A stretch of 64,000 bases of DNA from the NCBI GenBank assembly GCA_030390025.1, contig CM059433.1, positions 11,286,001 to 11,350,000 of the forward strand, given 5' to 3'. The notes below the pieces were generated by a model. The model was given only the letters and a program-made list of their open reading frames with translations. It had not been told where the DNA came from and did no database searches. Positions within the stretch are counted from its first letter, which is position 1. Every line of letters begins with the position of its first letter. Positions 60,531-64,000 of the stretch are shown piece after piece. Made by a program: the position numbers and the translations under genes. The stretch is from Squalus acanthias. Its lineage: Eukaryota.

Positions 60531-60744
60531 AGGGCTACTGAAAATCTATGGGCCTTTGATCTTGGCCTAAATTCTGGGATCGACCTGCTGGCAACCTCTA
60601 CTGCCTACCTCAGTAAAGTGTGTAGGGTTGGGGGAGGGGGGGGGGGGTGCTGCGGGGAGGGTCCCTAATTTTAATAACCCAGGCGGGTGCTTGCACCACT
60701 GTCAGTTCAACCTTAAACCCAAATATAATTCTAGTTCAAGCAAT

Positions 60745-61683
60745 AAGAAAAGAAAGACTTGCACCTTTCATGACCACTGTCAGCTGTGGCTCAGTTGGTA
60801 GCACACTTGCTCTGAGTCAGGAAGGTTGTGGGTTCAAGACCCCTACTCCAGGGACTTGAGTACATGAATCTAGGCTGACACTCCCAGTGCAGTGCTGAGG
60901 GAGTGCTGCACTGTTGGAGGCACCGTCTTTCAGATGAGACGTTAAACCGAGGCCCCGTCTGCTCTCTCAGGTAGGATGTAAAATATCCCAAGGCACTATT
61001 TCAAAGAAGAGCAGGGGAGTTATCCCTGGTGTCCTGGCCAGTATTTATCCCTCAATCCACATAACAGAAACAGATTATCTAGTCATTATCACATTGCTGT
61101 TTGTGGGTGCTTTCTGTGCGCAAATTGGATACCGCGTTTCCCACATTACAGCAGTGACTACACTCCAAAAGTACTTCATTGGCTGTAAAGTGCTTTGAGA
61201 CATCCGGTGGTCGTGAAAGACGCTATATAAATGCAAGTCTTTCTTTCTTTTGTTGCTCATCCCAAAGTGCATTACAGCCAATGAAGTACTTTTTGAAGTG
61301 GAGTCACTGTTGTAATGTGGGAAACACAGCAGCCAATTTGCGCACAGCAAGCTCCCACAAACAGCAATGTGGTAATGACCAGATAATCTGTTTTTTTGTT
61401 ATGTTGGTTGAGGGATAAATATTGGCCAGGTCACCAGGGATAACTCCCCTGCTCTTCTTCGAAATAGTGCCATGGGATCTTTTATTTCCACCTGAGAGAG
61501 CGGACGGGGCCTCGGTTTAACGTCTCATCCGAAAGACAGCACCTCCAACAGTGCGGCATACCCTCAGCACTGCACTGGGAGTGTCAGTCTAGCTATATGT
61601 GCTCAAGTCTCTGGAGTGGGACTTGAACCCATAACCTTCTGACTCAGAGGTGAGGGTGCTACCCACTAAGCCACGGCTGACAC
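60745..61683 (-). mobile_element. SacSINE1-like host SINE (60745-60777 plus 61258-61683)
   Basis: The tail remnant AAGAAAGACTTGCACCTTTCATGACCAC lies left of the nested copy; the body resumes CATCCCAAAGTGCATTACAGCCAATG. Confidence 0.85.
60778..61252 (+). mobile_element. SacSINE1-like SINE nested antiparallel in another copy
   Basis: Full length from head to tail. Confidence 0.9.
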
Positions 61684-62698
61684 ATAAAAAAATCACCACT
61701 CTGTATCAGGAAACTTATCTAAATAAATTGATAAATATTGCAGTTCTAATATACATAATGCATTTATAGATTTTATTTTACAGTTTCATTACACTTATCT
61801 GCATATTTAGAAAAGTTACAAGTTAGAAGAATCTTAGATTGTGCAGATTTCATTACTTATCTTTAGCATTTATGTGCAAATTAAATATTATTTCATTATA
61901 TACCAGACTCAATGAAAGAGCTTTTGCTCAGGGATGATGTCAATTCTAAGCATTCTTTCCTAGCTATTAAGACCTGACCTATTGAGCTTTGTGATACTGT
62001 AAGCTTAAAAATAGTAACTTAGGGATTTTTATTGGAATTTCCCAGCATCTATCCATGTTTACATTACCTCATAGGGAGTCAGTGCATTACTTCACACTGA
62101 CTTCTCAAAAGCCATGAGGAACAGCACCAGTGTCACAGCTGGAGAGAAAAATATAACATTCACCCACTGTGAGCTGCTAACCTTTTACTCATCGATTCAC
62201 TGATCTTGCCAAGGTGTGAGCTGACAAGACTGATGAGAACTAAAAGTTGTGCTCTTTTGGTGGGTTTTAATCATTTGGGAGGTCCCGAATATGCTCCTGT
62301 ATGCCTCTCCAGTTAGATTGATATTGGAGAGACCTCAAATCAAATTTTTTTTAAATCGAGCCATAAAAAGACTACTGTGGGGAATTTCCTCGGAGCTGCT
62401 CCCCCTCCGGTGCCATAACTTCACCGGAAATGTGACGGAAAGTCCTTTCACACCAGCACCGAGAAAATTCCCAGACTTTAAAAAAAAAAGTCGGGGCCTT
62501 TTTGTTACTAGTTCTTCAACATTCCCAGTGCAGAGCACTAATAGTTACCAAGGTTGTAACATTATCCCATAGGTAGAAGAGAATATATATATATATATAT
62601 ATGGCCCAGACTTCAAAAAACCAGGTGGGATGTTTGCGACGGTGTTACTGACACTCAACTCCTTAAAACTTAGTAGAAGATAAGATTTGTCATTATTA

Positions 62699-63166
62699 CA
62701 AAAGCAAAATACTGCGGATACTGGAAATCTGAAATAAAAACAGAGAGTGCTGGAAACACTCAGCCGGTCGGGCAGCATCTGTGGAGAGAGAAACAGAGTT
62801 ATCGTTTCCTCTCGATGATCCTTCGTCAGAACTGGAAAAAGTTAAAGATGTAACAGGTTTTAAGCAAGTACAGAGGCAGGGAAAGGGGGGAAGGATGGAG
62901 AATTAACAAATTACCACCCCATTTTGCCGTACACCATCATACCTTTTGTCATTTAATCTCTCCTGCCTTCCACCCTATCACAGATGTTCCCTTTTGTTCT
63001 TTCCTCCCCTACCCACGTTTCCCTGCTTGCTTAAAACCTGTTACATCTCTAACTTGTTCCAGTTCTGACAAAAGGTCATCGACCTGAAACGTTAATTTTG
63101 TTTTTTCTCTCTCCACAGATGTTGCCTGACCTGCTGAGCATTTCCAGCATTTTCTGTTTTTATTTT
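62699..63166. mobile_element. Penelope-type inverted terminal duplication with two hammerhead motifs
   Basis: 62732-62870 (-) and 63025-63165 (+) are inverted copies. Hammerhead motifs lie at ~62797-62833 (-, CTGACGA...GAAAC) and ~63061-63097 (+, CTGACAA-AAGGTCATCGACCT-GAAACGTT). Confidence 0.82.
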
Positions 63167-64000
63167 GTCATGATTACCTTCGATGCTGTCTTCAGTGTAA
63201 GAGCTGTGTGCACTCAGTAGAGCAGTCTGTAAATTGAAATGATAGAAGGGAAGAATAAAGAATAAATGATCATACCTTGAGGTCCTACAGTAATTGAGAC
63301 AGCTGAGGTTGTTTGAAAAGGGCTAGCTTTATTTTTCTCGACGCAGAAAAGTTGTCCAAACCTGCTTATATTGCTCCATTGTTGCAGTGATGATATCATC
63401 ACGCCAGGTGCTGTTTGGAAATGTTTCCAGAGGGAGCCTGACAGGTGAGATACACTGCTTTCTCTGATTTCTCAGTGGTGATCGGGTTATGAAGTCATTT
63501 TCCCTGTTTGTGTATTTTTGTCCCCCAATTTTCTCCCTGCCCCCTCTTGATGGTATAGCCTCATGCCAACATGCAGTTCTGCAGAAACAAGACAGATACA
63601 GGTTCATCCTAGTTCATCCATCCAAAAGGGCCTATAGCCCCTCCCAATAAGAAACTCCAGATTTGGAAATCTAATGTTAAAATTTTTTGTTTCTATTTGC
63701 ATTGAGCTCTTTAATGAGCTGCTTTACTTGGATGGCATCTTTCCCAGATTCGCTCTTCCCTGAACTTAAATGACCTGAAGCAACATCTGCTGACATCACA
63801 CTGCTACATGTGACTATTCAAACAGGTCTTTGTATTTTCCAGTGTGCTAAAACCTACAGCGTGCCAGACATGCACAATGGGAGAAAGAAAGTGATACATA
63901 GAGGAAGGCGAGAAAGTGTGAGAGAGTAAGAAACATATAGAGTAGGGGAGACAGAGATAAGAGACTTACACAAAGGGAGAGAAAGAGTGAAAAAAAAATC

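Noticed and set aside
63285..63470. Ig V-domain-like relic on the minus strand (AVYLTCQAPSGNISKQHLA**Y ... SAV/YC)
   Set aside because: Needs several stops and frameshifts, the Cys-Cys spacing (~50 codons) is too short, and no recombination signal follows; likely chance.

Overview
Repeat-dominated eukaryotic DNA, not prokaryotic. The repeat content (HE1-like V-SINE, SacSINE1-like Deu-domain SINEs, HER1/CR1, L2, RTE, Tx1, Penelope and PIF/Harbinger relics) points to a cartilaginous fish, probably a shark; this is inference from family recognition, with no database search. I found no intact, recognisable host protein-coding gene. The window looks intronic or intergenic, and most ORFs in the track are transposon remnants or their antisense shadows. 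Most notable observations: (1) a same-strand three-part chimera of a 5S rRNA copy, a Tx1-type 3' end and a CR1-group LINE 3' end (1031-2132); (2) six minimal type-I hammerhead ribozyme motifs of Penelope origin, two of them ~95-bp stand-alone insertions with 14-16 bp target duplications; (3) a LINE whose 5' end is a tRNA-derived Pol III head running into the AP-endonuclease with no ORF1, in a twin-priming-like inversion (14266-16753); (4) two antiparallel self-insertions that create long hairpins; (5) a Harbinger-type MITE family that keeps several GGTAAG(T) splice-donor motifs; (6) a local ~420-bp duplication and an unidentified, decayed coding-like segment. Coordinates were read by eye and boundaries are approximate.
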